Source: Macrostomum lignano (taxonomy: Eukaryota). From it: a DNA stretch of 33,647 nt. Positions 21,650-33,647 of this stretch are shown here, piece after piece (position 1 is the first letter of the stretch; the number at the start of each line of letters is the position of its first letter). The notes under the pieces are model-generated. The model worked only from the letters and a program-made list of their open reading frames with translations. It made no database searches and was not told where the DNA came from. The DNA lies in the NCBI GenBank assembly GCA_002269645.1, contig NIVC01004843.1, forward strand, positions 1 through 33,647. Reading direction: 5' to 3'. Made by a program: the position numbers and the translations under genes.

Positions 21650-21703
21650 CGAAGTTGTCTTGCCATTCTTCCCAGTCACCTTCAGCAGCGACGTCTCGTA
21701 GCC
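21650..21703 (-). CDS. cpo: cpo/RBPMS exon 3 (GYETSLLKVTGKNGKTTS)
   Basis: 54 nt; acceptor catctgcag and donor TCG|gtaagt; carries the invertebrate cpo-type KNGKT loop. Confidence 0.97.
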
Positions 21704-21792
21704 CTGCAGATGAGACATGGAGACAACACTTGAAGTCAGTAAGTCATAGGCTGTTCAAACTTAAGAAATCGTGAGAAATAAATTCAAAGCAC

Positions 21793-21870
21793 CTTGAATC
21801 CGCGGAACAACAGGTAGAGCTCTCGCTGCTTTGTGTCCATCGGTAGCCCGCTGACAAACAGAGTTCGAAC
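21793..21870 (-). CDS. cpo: cpo/RBPMS exon 2 ([29 protein letters not shown]2)
   Basis: 78 nt; acceptor gttgcag and donor AAG|gtgctt; diagnostic family motif. Confidence 0.97.
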
Positions 21871-24800
21871 CTGCAACGTCGTAGGTTGGGGGCAAAGACT
21901 GGATCAAGGGTTAAGTCACATGCCTCCTGCTTGCTAGCGCTTTGACTTTGAAGCAGCGCTGCAACGAGGCTTGGCAAAAACAAGCAATGACTAAAGAAAG
22001 TTCTATTGCTTCTATTAGGGCTTTAGCGGACACCTGACACCCCGGGTCCCAAGCCCTAGCTGAGACGGAACTGGAGCACCTGTTCGGGCCTGAGAATCTA
22101 GCCTGCGTCATTTTCTCACTAGCTGACTGGTTGTGCAGAGCGCGGGACAGAAAAGGCAAAGCAGACAAGAAGAAAAGGAGGTGTTCGGATTCGCATGGCT
22201 AATTACTGTTTTAGCCAGATTTTTGCGCCATTTGCTAAAACTCTTCGAACTTTGTGTTTGCCTGCTGTGTGCCTACGAGAATGTCGGCATGTATGCAATG
22301 CTTTAAGCAGAGACTGTTTTCATCATACGAGCTAAATATTCAAAGTGGAACTGCTCAAGTTAGGCAAAGAGTTGCTTGCAGTCTAGTGTCCTGTGTATAA
22401 CCAATTGACGCATCATGTATCGGATTCAATCATACCAAAGTAGTCAGTTACATTTTGTAGAAAGTCGATACATTTCAAGTCTGGATAAACAGCTTCGTGT
22501 GCTGCAGGCCCTAAGCTCTACAAGAGTGTCTTATGCATGATTTGTAGTACGCTTAGACCTTGATTCACCTGTCTTAGAAACTTGTTTTTTTGTTTGCAAA
22601 TACACGAATGGAAAGTGTTGAGAAAGCTAAAATATTCAAATTATAGAGTTCGGCTTCTCTCTTTCTCCGTCTCTGCCTGACCCCCCCCCCCTTAGTTCTC
22701 TCTACCAAAATATGGAATCGCAGTCAGGGATTGAATTTTGATACACCAGGAAGCGAGCCCTCGCTAAACAACGGTTAAACCTTTTACTAAGCAATGTAAT
22801 ATTTAGTTTACCTGTCTAATAAAATTATTATGAGCCCACGGGGAGTTAGTTGAACAGAGGGGGGGGGGGGCAATCAAAGTCGCTGAAGCAGCAACATCCG
22901 GTCCTGGGTGGGCCTTGGGCCAGGCCTGGGCCTGTTGCGACCCAAAGGAAAAGTGAAAGCAACTAAAGCTAGCACACCTTCCAGCCCGATTTTTTCTAAA
23001 ATTCCTTAGCGTTAATTTTTTTCCATTTTTACATATGCGCTTTATATTCCTGAATTTTTGTTACACCTGACCTGGCTAGGGCAGCGGTTTTTCACACCTG
23101 ACTCACTCGAGCAGAAGGGAGAAGGAAAACTGAGGAAAATATAAAATAGCAGAAACACTGGGGAGGGGAGCGCAGTGGGGAAATTGCAATAAACACACGG
23201 GATGGCAACAGCTGCTGCCCCACAATACGCTGGGCACTGCGACTGTAAGGCCTGTGGCCTTCATGGCGATCGAAATTCTTACCAATACTATTGCAAACAT
23301 GCTGTTAGCAACTTTCGCTTGCATTATTTATCTAAACTTATCTCTCTCCGTGCATTCTTAACTTTGATTTATTTGCGGCCTTTGACGCCGCCACACACTG
23401 AAGAATTTCCATGAAAATGCTACCTTGCGTACCTACTCCTGTGGCATCTCGGCCTCCTCTCCACCTGAGCTTGAGTAGTAATCAAGTCTCAGGCAGAACA
23501 CACAGAGAGAGAGAGGTATTGAGCAGGATTTTAGGAGTGCCCATGCAGTTTTTACGCCAGTATAAAACCATTCCTTACTTTGGCAGCTGGAAATTCTTGG
23601 AAAACAAAGCCATCAGCGTGGCGGGTAGAGAGAGACTTGGATTCTACTCAGGCCTGGCTGTATTGATTTTTGTTAGCAATATGCCGGCAGTCTCATTTGC
23701 TTTTAATCAGCAGCAGCACTGCCTGCCCCTCTCTCCCTCTGGCGCACCTGCGCACCAGTTCTTATTGAATTCTGGGCTTTCGGGCAAGAAGCTGGGTATG
23801 ATGGAGAATGCAAGAAGCTGGGTACGAGAGCATGACGGAGAATGAATTCAAATTAAACAACAAATCCAGATTTTTAGAGTAAATATTTCCAGTTCTTAGA
23901 GATGCATGGGTGCGCTTGAAATCTTCAAATAAAATATTCTTTATTCCCTCGCTTTTCCCTTCTCCCATCTCTCTTCTCTCCCCTTAGTCATCATTCTGTC
24001 TCTTCAGAGTTAGGGAAATCATTTAAAAGCGATATGTTTAGAAAGACACAATATGTGCCGTTTTAAGCAAACATCAGATGAATCTCTGCAACTGCCTCGT
24101 TGTCCTCAGTGCACTGCCCTCTTGTTACAATTGCTACTCAAAGCTATTTCCTGACCATGTCGCTTCTCTGGCCTGTCACTCAAAGCTGCCCCGAGCACAG
24201 GCCTTTGCCCCCCCCCCCCAGATCATACTCATTTTTCGTGGAAACTGCAGCCCTTACACACTCACCAATAATAACAACTTATTCTGTAGTGCGAGAGAGT
24301 GTGTGAACTCTTAACCGAAATAATAGCCTACATATTGTCGCGCGGAGGCTGGGAGGTCTGCCACTCGTCAATAAAGAGACGATGAAGCATAATACAGCAC
24401 AAAGATGTAAAAAAGTAGCAATGAATCCGAAGCAGCCATCTGTAATGTGCAGTTCAGTCTGACGCAGAGACGCTGGAACTATTGAGTTTGCAAACTTTGT
24501 TTTCTACCAGAAACAGGCGTGGGCCGCGCCGCATCTCCCCCTGGGAAGGGGGGGGGCTGCAAAATGAAGTCAAGAAGCAGCACTGCTAGGAGCTGATACT
24601 ACAGCAGCAACCAGCGATGGAAGCAACTCTCCAAGACAACTTTTGATAGTTCCCCTGCATGTCGTACAAAATATGATCACGTCGACAGCCAAGTCGGTCA
24701 ATACAAATTGGCTTAGCCGCACCGAGTGGTTCCCCAAAGGCGACCGAAAGCCGGTGGAAAAGATGGGAGGGCGGGACAGAGTCCGGGCACAGCAGCAGAG

Positions 24801-24938
24801 ATGACGCTAAACGTCTCAAGGACGCGGAGCACCGTAGCTCCTCATCCAGCCATGCGCCCAGCTTCACCCAAGATTTAATCAGATTAAACACGCAAATTCA
24901 ATTACTCAATCCCCAGCCACTGAATATGTCAATAGAGT

Positions 24939-24940
<2 letters not shown>

Positions 24941-25004
<64 letters not shown>

Positions 25005-25010
25005 GGGGCT
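24941..25010. repeat. (GA)n microsatellite
   Basis: Direct; further (GA)n runs near 25370-25411, 26053-26071 and 27148-27185. Confidence 0.97.
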
Positions 25011-26218
25011 CTAAGTCTATCTCGGCCAAGGCTAGAAGCTTCACAGTTGAGAATCAGCATAAGAAAGACGGAATTCTCTCCAATGTCAATCAACAGGTCA
25101 TTCTTACTCCCCGCTCCCATTTATAGCGGCTTTCTATCTGTCTTATATTCATCCCCGCCTGCGCACATTGAAGATGGCAGGAATAATACAATTAATAAAG
25201 TTGTAAAACCCGCTCAACTCCTTCAGATAACTAACAAATCCTATACAAACTGCATGGTACGAGTATTATTTGCTGACTCACGGGCAGATTCTCAATTTAC
25301 AAGAATAAAGAATGTGTTTCGCACACCGCACGCCGTTGTTGAAGGAAAGTGAAGAGGACAGGAGAAAGAGAGAGTGAGAGAGAGAGAGAGAGAGAGAGTG
25401 AGAGAGAGAGAGAAAGTGTGGGAGAGAGAGTTAAAAATGGCAACATCTTATAGCTGGGCTGGCAATTCACTATATGCTCTCTCCGCATGCATGCAGTCCC
25501 TCAGTCAGTCGCGCTGGCCTGCATTAAAGGAAGAGATCGAGACCAGACTGCGGAGAGAGAGAGTCGATACTTTCTGGCCGAAGAGTAGGTTGGTAAAGGG
25601 GTTGGGCAGGCTTGCGAGTGAGTGAAAATAGAAGAGGCCAAAAATGCATTGGGCAGGAGAATTTGGGAATCGTTCAGCTAAGAGGGGGGGGGGGCAGCGG
25701 TGGGAGCGCAGACAGGAAGGAGGACCGCCGAAACCGGACTCCGCAGAGTCGGCGCTGTCAGCAATTGAGGGAGGAGGGGGGCAGGGGTGAGACCTGAAAT
25801 TTCAACTGGCTTGGACAGCCTAAGGAGGGAGACAGCTAAAGGAGAGAACGGTAGAAAGGAGGTCTCGGCTTGCTCCTGACAAAGCAGTCCAAGCTGTTTC
25901 TATTTCGGCTTTAACGGCCGGGACAGGGCTGTGGGGTCTGCGGTAATCTGGTGAGAGAATTTCCCAAGCCCCCGCCCTCGCTGAAGGGCGGAGCTGCAGA
26001 CCGCCGGCTCTCATTATGCAATTTACGATCGGCAACATAAATCCATCAGCGGAGAGAGAGAGAGAGAGAGCGACAGGGGGGAGGGGACCTGCACATCTCA
26101 TTAGAAATATTAGGCAGCTCTGCCCTCCATTTCGGTGCTCCCCTGCCTGTTCGTTTCGGATTCTGTCCGACTTTGCCTCATCTTGCCCGCGTGTGTTCAT
26201 CTGGAATTGCAGCAGTAG

Positions 26219-27072
26219 CCATCTAGCTGTATCAGATCAGAGATCTAGCTGTATCAGATCAGAGATCTAGCTGTATGAGATCAGAGATCTAGCCGTATCA
26301 GATCAGAGATCTAGCTGTATCAGATCAGAGATCTAGCCGTATCAGATCAGAGATCTGAGATCTAGCTGTATCAGATCAGAGATCTGAGATCTAGCTGTAT
26401 CAGATCTGAGATCTGAGATCTAGCTGTATCAGATCTGAGATCTGAGATCTAGCTGTATCAGATCTGAGATCTAGCTGTTGAGATCAGAGATCTAGCTGTA
26501 TCAGATCAGAGATCTAGCTGTATCAGATCTGAGATCTAGCTGTTGAGATCAGAGATCTAGCTGTATCAGATCAGAGATCTAGCTGTATCAGATCAGAGAT
26601 CTGAGATCTAGCTGTATCAGATCTGAGATCTAGCTGTATCAGATCTGAGATCTAGCTGTATCAGATCTGAGATCTAGCTGTATCAGATCTGAGACCTGAG
26701 ATCTAGCTGTATCAGATCTGAGATCTGAGATCTAGCTGTATCAGATCTGAGATCTAGCTGTTGAGATCAGAGATCTAGCTGTTGAGATCAGAGATCTAGC
26801 TGTTGAGATCAGAGATCTAGCTGTATCAGATCAGAGATCTATCTGTATGAGATCTGAGATCTAGCTGTATCAGATCAGAGATCTATCTGTATGAGATCAG
26901 AGATCTAGCTGTATCAGATCAGAGATCTAGCTGTATCAGATCTGAGATCTAGCTGTATCAGATCAGAGATCTAGCTGTATCAGATCAGATATCTAGCTGG
27001 ATCAGATCAGAGATCTAGCTGTATGAGATCAGAGATCTCATCTATCTGTATGAGATCAGAGATCTAGCTGTA
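26219..27072. repeat. Minisatellite, 22-bp unit ATCTAGCTGTATCAGATCAGAG with 7-bp ATCTGAG insertions, about 36 copies
   Basis: Direct; rich in short palindromes (AGATCT, TCAGATCTGA). Confidence 0.95.
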
Positions 27073-27142
27073 CGCTGGTATCAGATTAGAGACCAATAAA
27101 ACCACTTACTGATACCTACAAAGACATTTTCAAACTCATGAT

Positions 27143-27190
<48 letters not shown>

Positions 27191-27774
27191 CAGCCAGTCA
27201 GGCTGTTAGCAATCACCAATTCAGACATTAGCAGAGATGCAGCAGCTACTAACGGTAAAAGAGGAACATGCACCCGGCAGTTTTTGAAGCTCCTGAGCCG
27301 TCGCATCCCAAAAGCCGGAACGATGCAGAGTTGCGAGGGGGACTCTAACTTCCTAATTCCTTCCACTCATCCCCAGGCCAACCCCCCCGGATTTGCAGCC
27401 TCCCGTTTATTCTCTCCCTTCATCTACTAACCCTCTTGTTGTCTGCTCTTGTTTCCTTTCCTGAGGCTGCGGCTGCGAGGCGGGCCCGAGGACACTTCAA
27501 GCAGAAAAAAGAAGCCACTACACATAGCCATTGCCGATGATGAAGGTAAAAAATGAATTTCTATAGCAGCACAAGTGTCCCGCCTTGCTGCGCTTGGCTT
27601 GGCTTATTAGCGGGATTCTGTGTCGCTTTATTTATTCCACGCCAGCCCTCGAGAAGTTGCAGACTTAGGGGCGGCACTCCTAACAGCAGGGATTGACTAT
27701 GATGGCTAGTTAATATGGAATCTTGCGCTTGCAAATCCTGAGCTCTGGTGTGCTTTCGCGAGTTTTTGTATCTC

Positions 27775-28370
27775 ATTGGGGTGCCCAATTAGTAATCGGG
27801 GTGCCAAATTAGTCATATGGGTGCCTAATCAGTCATTGGAGGTGTCAAATTAGTCATTAGGGTGCCCAATTGGTCATCAAGGTGCCAAATTAGTCATCAA
27901 TGAGCTAAATTTATCATCGGAGGTGTCTGAGTAGTCATCAGGGTGCGAAATTAGTCATTAGGGTGCCAAATTAGTCATCGGAGTGCTAAATTAGTCATCA
28001 GGGTGTGAAATTAGTCATTAGGGTGCCAAATTAGTCATCGGGGTGCTAAATTAGTCATCAGGGTGTGAAATTAGTCATTAGGGTGCCAAATTAGTCATCG
28101 GGGTGCTAAATTAGTCATCAGGGTGTGAAATTAGTCATTAGGGTGCCAAATTAGTCATCGGGGTGCTAAATTAGTCATCAGGGTGTGAAATTAATCATTA
28201 GGGTGCCAAGTTAGTCATCAGGGTGCGAAATTAGTCATTAGGGTGCCAAGTTAGTCATCAGGGTGCGAAATTAGTCATTAGGGTGCCAAGTTAGTCATCA
28301 GGGTGCGAAATTAGTCATTAGGGTGCCAAGTTAGTCATCAGGTTGCCTAATTAGTCGCCAGGGTGCTAAA
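27775..28370. repeat. Minisatellite, 20-bp unit GGGTGCCAAATTAGTCATCA, about 29 copies with higher-order structure
   Basis: A 60-bp trimer x4 (27961-28200) is followed by a 40-bp dimer x3.5 (28201-28340). Confidence 0.96.
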
Positions 28371-31300
28371 AGAAGACCCGAAATGATCAGAAGCCCTCGG
28401 TCACTTTATAGCGACAACAAGACAAAAAATGACAGTCATAATCATCAAATAAATCCAGCTGCAAACGATTTGACAAAGTTGGCATGGCAACTCACGCTCA
28501 TTAGTGATTGGAGACAAGTTTGATAAACATATAGAGAAAGAGAGAGAGGCAGAGATAGAGGAGCATCAGCGAATGCGAGTTGAGCACAAAGAGATGCTCA
28601 AAAGAAGAAGCTTTGAAAGGAAATTCTTCTCCTATTTCTTCGTCTGCCCGGGCCTCATCGTTTGCCTGCCTCCTCCCCCTCGCGGCCCCGCGCGGCTCCG
28701 TAAAAATTCCGGGCTCGCTCCCTTCGCCTTGCTTCGGGGGACGGGGAGAGGACGTGAGGGTGGGGGCAAGGTGGCGCTAGTGAAGAAGAAGCGAGAGATG
28801 AGGGAGAGAGGCTGGACCGAGGAGGATGCGAAGGAATATTGAGACAAGAGACGACTTAGGAAGCTCGCATCCCCTCGAGGATGGGCGGGAGGAGGAGGGG
28901 CAGGGGCGGATGAAAACGGCGAAATGAGAAGCCCTCAGGTAAGAAGAGTGTAAAGGCGGACACACTAAGACTTTGTTCGTTCCATCGACATTCGCTTTTT
29001 GCCGATGCCTTCAGTGCCCGGCAGTGCGTGTCGGTGCGCTTAGGTAGAAAATGGAGACAGTTGCCGATACTTGAGACGGGGAGACCTTTGCCGGGCCCAG
29101 TGGGTGTCTAAGAGACGACACTGAATGCACTGACGAGCTGCTCTAAAGGTGCAGCTGAGCTGGGGGGATTCCACACCACGCTCTCCTCATCCCGGGGTTG
29201 TCATCGGGGATGGAGGGGAGCAGCCGAGATTCAGCAGCTGCATGTATAGGCGAGGAAAGCTGATATGCCCCGGGATCGAAGCATCATTAGAGACGCGATC
29301 GAAGCATCATTAGCAGCGTCATTGTTAAGCCATCGCGAGCACAGCTCAGCTTATAGGCGGGGCGGGAATAGAGGACGCGAGACTGCGCATCCAAGCAGGC
29401 GAAAGGGGAAGCCAAAGGGAGGACGATCGATGGTCATTTTTTTCGCCTATTGATCGGGGGGCTCGCCTCATTAACTCCAGGTGGGGCCGGCCGGGCAGGC
29501 AAAAAATGGATGAAAGAAAATCAAGGAGATAGAAGGAAGAGATAAAGAAGAGGGAAGCAGATCTCCCGCATCAACTATACTCAGTTGAGAAGCATGATGG
29601 CACGGGCGTGCCTCTCGAGCTGCAAATTTGAGAGAAGGTAAACCGGTGCTTGCAGTACTCGGTGTGTTTGCTCTGCACTACCCTAGTCGAAAGCAAATAC
29701 AGATTTCAGTTTAAAGAGGATTGAGCCAGATGAAGCTCAGCTTCACTGACAGGATGGCGACGGGGAAAACTACCTATCTTCCCCTCGATTGATGCGCCCC
29801 CTTTTCCTCCTGTTGATGTCCGTCGGTAATGGGCGCATTATTTGAGTCTATTCGAATTATCGTGCCGTCAGTGATGTGTTTGACTTGCACGCTCAGGTCT
29901 GAGAGAGAGAGACAGGGGGAGACAGGGGGAGAAGACGCCGGCTCCCCAGGTCTACGCTGCCGGGCAGACAGGAGGAGGGGATCCTGCTAAAAGAAAAAGA
30001 ATCCCACACAGCCCCTTCTAGCCTCATCCGTTCCGAGCCCGAGCACACGAGGAGGTGGGAAGAGCAGAAGGGGGTTGGTTGAGAAGAGACGCCGGCGACA
30101 GGACCTGAGCCGGGGAGGAGAAAGCATTGAATGGGGGGCGCGGAGGGACCGGGAGAGGCTGGGAAGTAGAGAGCGAAGGCGGGTGAGCAGACGGCCAGTG
30201 CGGCCAGAAGAAAGATCCGAATTCGAATATGGGGGACAAACTCCGCAGCTGTTCCGACACGGCGGGAGTGTGCCGAGTACAGGGCATAGCCAGGGGGGGT
30301 GGCTGGGCGATGAGGTTGAAGAGCCCGTCGGGCCTGGCGCATAGGTGACGCGGGATTCCCCGGGCTGCTGCTGTTCAATTATGCATCCAGCCGCCTCACT
30401 CCGCAATCCTGCGACCAAGGAGGGGCCTCCTGTGCTCAGCCGAAGACAGGCGGGGGAAGACGGGACTGATGGGGGGGGGGGGGTGGGCGGAGACCGCCGC
30501 TGCCGTGGCGCATTTCCACACTGAGCTGCTGCTCTCTTCTGCCTAATTTTTTTCTTTTGGTTCCATTCTCCATCAATAAGCGTGCCAATTTTCTTCAGCT
30601 GGCTGCTGGTCTGGGCGAGAATGTCAGTTAAAGAATCGGTTCCGAGCCTATAGTCTATACGAGCTACACACACTGGTAGCGCAGATTGGTCGACAAGATT
30701 TACTTCATTACAAAATCAGTGCACCAAATTGACGCTAAAACCAATTGCTAACCATCAATTAATCCTATTTACTGGCGGGTTCACCTGGGAGCTTTGCCTG
30801 GCTTAATGCGCTCATTCTGCGGCAGCGGCGGCACAAGCGGAAGTAGGTGGAGTGTCGCGAGTGCGGACTGACCGAGAATGGGTTTGGAGTGGAAGGGAAA
30901 AGAAGAATGGCAATGGCGCCGTGAAGAGAGAGAGAGAAGCTTAGCGTAGAGCTTGGTTATGATTCATATATATCCATGTATACATATATGTTGCTTTTTA
31001 TCTTATACTTGCATTATGAATCTTTTTGCGCGCATATGCCCTTGAAAGTTGAGAGCGGAGTTGCTGGCTATAAGGGGCGCGCTGAGCTTGTCCCGTGGAC
31101 ACGGAGGGAAGTGTGGACAAAATAGAGAGAGTTGAGCACAAGGTCTGGCCCTAAAAGGAAAGCGTGACAATTGTTCTCTGTCGTACAATTGCAGAAATTC
31201 TCTCTTTCCCCTTAATAATGCCACGGAGTTTTTGAGCACTCCCTGCCTGTCTGTTGTTCCCCGGCCTGCCTGGAAGATGTTGCCACCGCCAGCTCTTTGT

Positions 31301-31808
31301 GCCCTGCCTTGCCCTATACAACTCTATCCCAAAATGTCTCGCCTCCCAGCTGGAGGTGCTGTTGGGGAGCGCACTGAGTGACTGGGGAGCAAGACACACA
31401 CACTGCATAGCTGTCACTTCAGACCCAAGCGACAACAAAGTAATGCAAGAGTGGCAAGGCTAATGGACCGGAATCGACGGTCACGTCTGCAGTAGTGTGT
31501 TAGTTACATGTAAGACAGCCTGGTAAGGTTGATATTTAATCCGCAAACTAAGACCGAAAAACTGACCTTTGTCCCAAACTGAAGTGATGACTCATCAATC
31601 AGGGGAAAGGGTTGAAGCCCTTCTGAACTCGTAGCATGACATAAAATTTTACATGCCTCACGGGAGAACAATTCAGAGCCCTAGTGGCGGTTGGTTCTGC
31701 GCGTCGCTCAGGCAAGATGAGCCAAGATGAGACAAGCGGTTATTCTGAGCACACAAACGCTCATACAGGATGTACAGCTGATTTTGCCTCAATAACAGCC
31801 TTTCTCAC

Positions 31809-31901
31809 CTCTTCTTCGCCGCCGCAGGTGTTCACGCTGTCCATGCTCTGGCTGAGCGTCATTCCATTCTCACTATTCAGAGTTCCCGGCGAGACCATCA
31901 T
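31809..31901 (-). CDS. cpo: cpo/RBPMS exon 1 coding part (MMVSPGTLNSENGMTLSQSMDSVNTCGGEEE)
   Basis: SQSMDSVNT..EEE matches the segment preceding VRTLFVSG in cpo-type proteins; donor GAG|gtgaga (phase 0) joins exon 2 across a 9938-nt intron. Confidence 0.88.
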
Positions 31902-32140
31902 ACTTGCTGCTGAATTGTCTTTTTTACCCGTTTGTTTGATTATTGAAAAACCTGTAGCTCGCGAGCTATTAGTCAATGTTAGGACGAATGCTGATCGGCC
32001 GCTGGTCAATGGGAGAAGACAGAAGCTCTGCGTCCGACGTCTGTTTGCAAACGAATAAAAGGTGAGAACTAGAAGCAGAGTAGCAAGCAAGCCACCTCCC
32101 TCTCTGAAGCTTTTCCCTCTAACCAGATGAATCTAAATTG

Positions 32141-32185
32141 CCCCCCTCCCCCCTGCACAGAATGGCCCAATCAGCCTTGGCCAAT
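32141..32185 (-). promoter_or_regulatory. Candidate proximal cpo promoter: two CCAAT boxes and a C-rich GC-box-like run
   Basis: CCAAT at 32167-32171 and 32181-32185, CCCCCCTCCCCCC at 32141-32153, about 250 bp upstream of the ATG at 31901. Confidence 0.35.
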
Positions 32186-32652
32186 CCGGGCCCTTCCTGA
32201 CCGTCGTCACTCTCACTTAAAGAGCTACCAACCAACCCTGCCTGCCCTATTTGCCTGTTCTCACTCTCTCGCGGTGGCCAGGGAGCTCTTAGCCAAACAG
32301 TGTGTCGGCCATTGCCCCTCCCCTCACACGCTTATTATACTCATTTGTGTGAGCTTAAACAGAACGAGATTTGGGCCGGGGGGTCTCCCTTTCACACTTG
32401 CGCGCCCGGGACGAGTTGCGGATGAAGTGCCGCGAATGAGCCTCGCTAATCCCGAACGCATCAATTCGCACCCTCGCCCGGACCTCGTCTGCAAACACCG
32501 GGGCGGCCACGCGGCGGGGACTGCTCTGTTTGCGCAGCACTGCCCGCTCCACCCTTGACCGCTCGCACTACTCAACACCTCTGTTGGCGATTTTGTAATG
32601 CGCACCCTGAGCAAATGATTTTTATGCCAATAAAATGTTCTTAGTCACCATG

Positions 32653-32904
<252 letters not shown>

Positions 32905-33183
32905 GCTAACTATGATTCTGTGTTAATTTATGACCGTCTTTGCGTCTTTCCGTACTCTTTGTATCCTTCCCTTTGCTTTGAAATCTACCTTAACAAGGTC
33001 AGCTCCTTATCAGCTCTAACTCAGCTCTACTTATTTGAAATAACCTTACTCAGTTGTTGTCGTCACGGACTTACTTTGTCTTCTCTACTCTGCATGTTCA
33101 CTCATTGAGCTGCTTTAAAATGAGTTACAGTAAGCACACCCGCCATGGATTCATCATTCATCGTTCGATAGTAAAATTCTTAC

Positions 33184-33235
33184 CTGTGACAACTTTGCGC
33201 TGCGTCCACATAGGCCTTGGCAACCAGTGAGACAT
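33184..33235 (-). CDS. Candidate upstream cpo exon coding part (MSHWLPRPMWTQRKVVT); exon 33262-33184
   Basis: Strong acceptor tttctttgtcag, consensus donor CAG|gtaaga and AAAAATG context. Its phase-1 end is in frame with an acceptor at 31951 that has a TGACTAAT branch point. Confidence 0.35.
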
Positions 33236-33647
33236 TTTTGCGACTATTTTTTCACACCCAACCTGACAAAGAAATTGAGTGACTGTTTTGAGGACAATGC
33301 AATTGATCGAACCGATGACGTCAAAGAGAGTTCGGATTAGTAAAGCGATCGATCATGCTCGAGAATCAATCTCCAAGTTTGCGTCTTGCTTCATCAGCTT
33401 TATGGAAAACTTTTCCATGCTATTCTGACTGCTGACAAATGCTCTGACAGGTACGGCGCAATTCGAAAATGCTCCGAAGAGTCATCCGGCTTCAGAATGG
33501 CTCGCGAAATAATCCGAAAGTCTCGCCTATCCACCTGTCCCCAGCCAACTTAAAAGATTATTGAGGTGAATGCATTGACTTCATCAATTCGAGCGCAGTG
33601 CATAGATAGAGAAATGCCTTGATGGATTGCTAATCGCCTTAATCCTC

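Noticed and set aside
21988-22200. Plus-strand frame with an in-frame TGA (possible readthrough or selenocysteine)
   Set aside because: No recognisable homology or SECIS-like structure; antisense within the cpo intron.
23411-23845. 144-aa ATG ORF antisense in cpo intron 1
   Set aside because: No recognisable domain or splice support; length is compatible with chance.
775-28370. Short regular repeats resembling CRISPR arrays
   Set aside because: Units are head-to-tail without unique spacers, there are no cas genes, and the context is an intron-containing animal locus.
29181-29220. Imperfect hairpin as a miRNA precursor
   Set aside because: The stem is only about 13 bp and made of low-complexity CT/GA sequence; too short for a pre-miRNA.

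Overview
Eukaryotic (animal) genomic DNA with spliceosomal introns; no prokaryotic features. Roughly a quarter of the window is tandem repeat (about a dozen mini/microsatellite arrays), which produces most of the long ORFs in the supplied track. The best-supported gene is a minus-strand couch potato/RBPMS/MEC-8 family RNA-binding protein. Eight GT-AG exons (31901 to 17433) splice in frame to about 301 aa: a complete RRM1, Ala14/Ala13/Gln22 tracts, and a second RRM that stops after its first third. A phase-compatible upstream exon at 33262-33184 may add an N-terminal extension. A convergent plus-strand gene encodes an 8-Cys SUEL/rhamnose-binding-lectin-like domain (10717-11073) and a transmembrane exon (11456-11658); its 5' exons are only tentatively placed. 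A low-confidence minus-strand exon lies at 4-377. Composition and repeat style suggest an invertebrate, possibly a Macrostomum-like flatworm, but this is an impression only. I found no clearly new biological system. The most unusual signals are the truncated RRM2 with competing 3' ends, a shared core among several minisatellites, arrays whose first and last units share a private variant, and bidirectional polyadenylation elements between the convergent genes.
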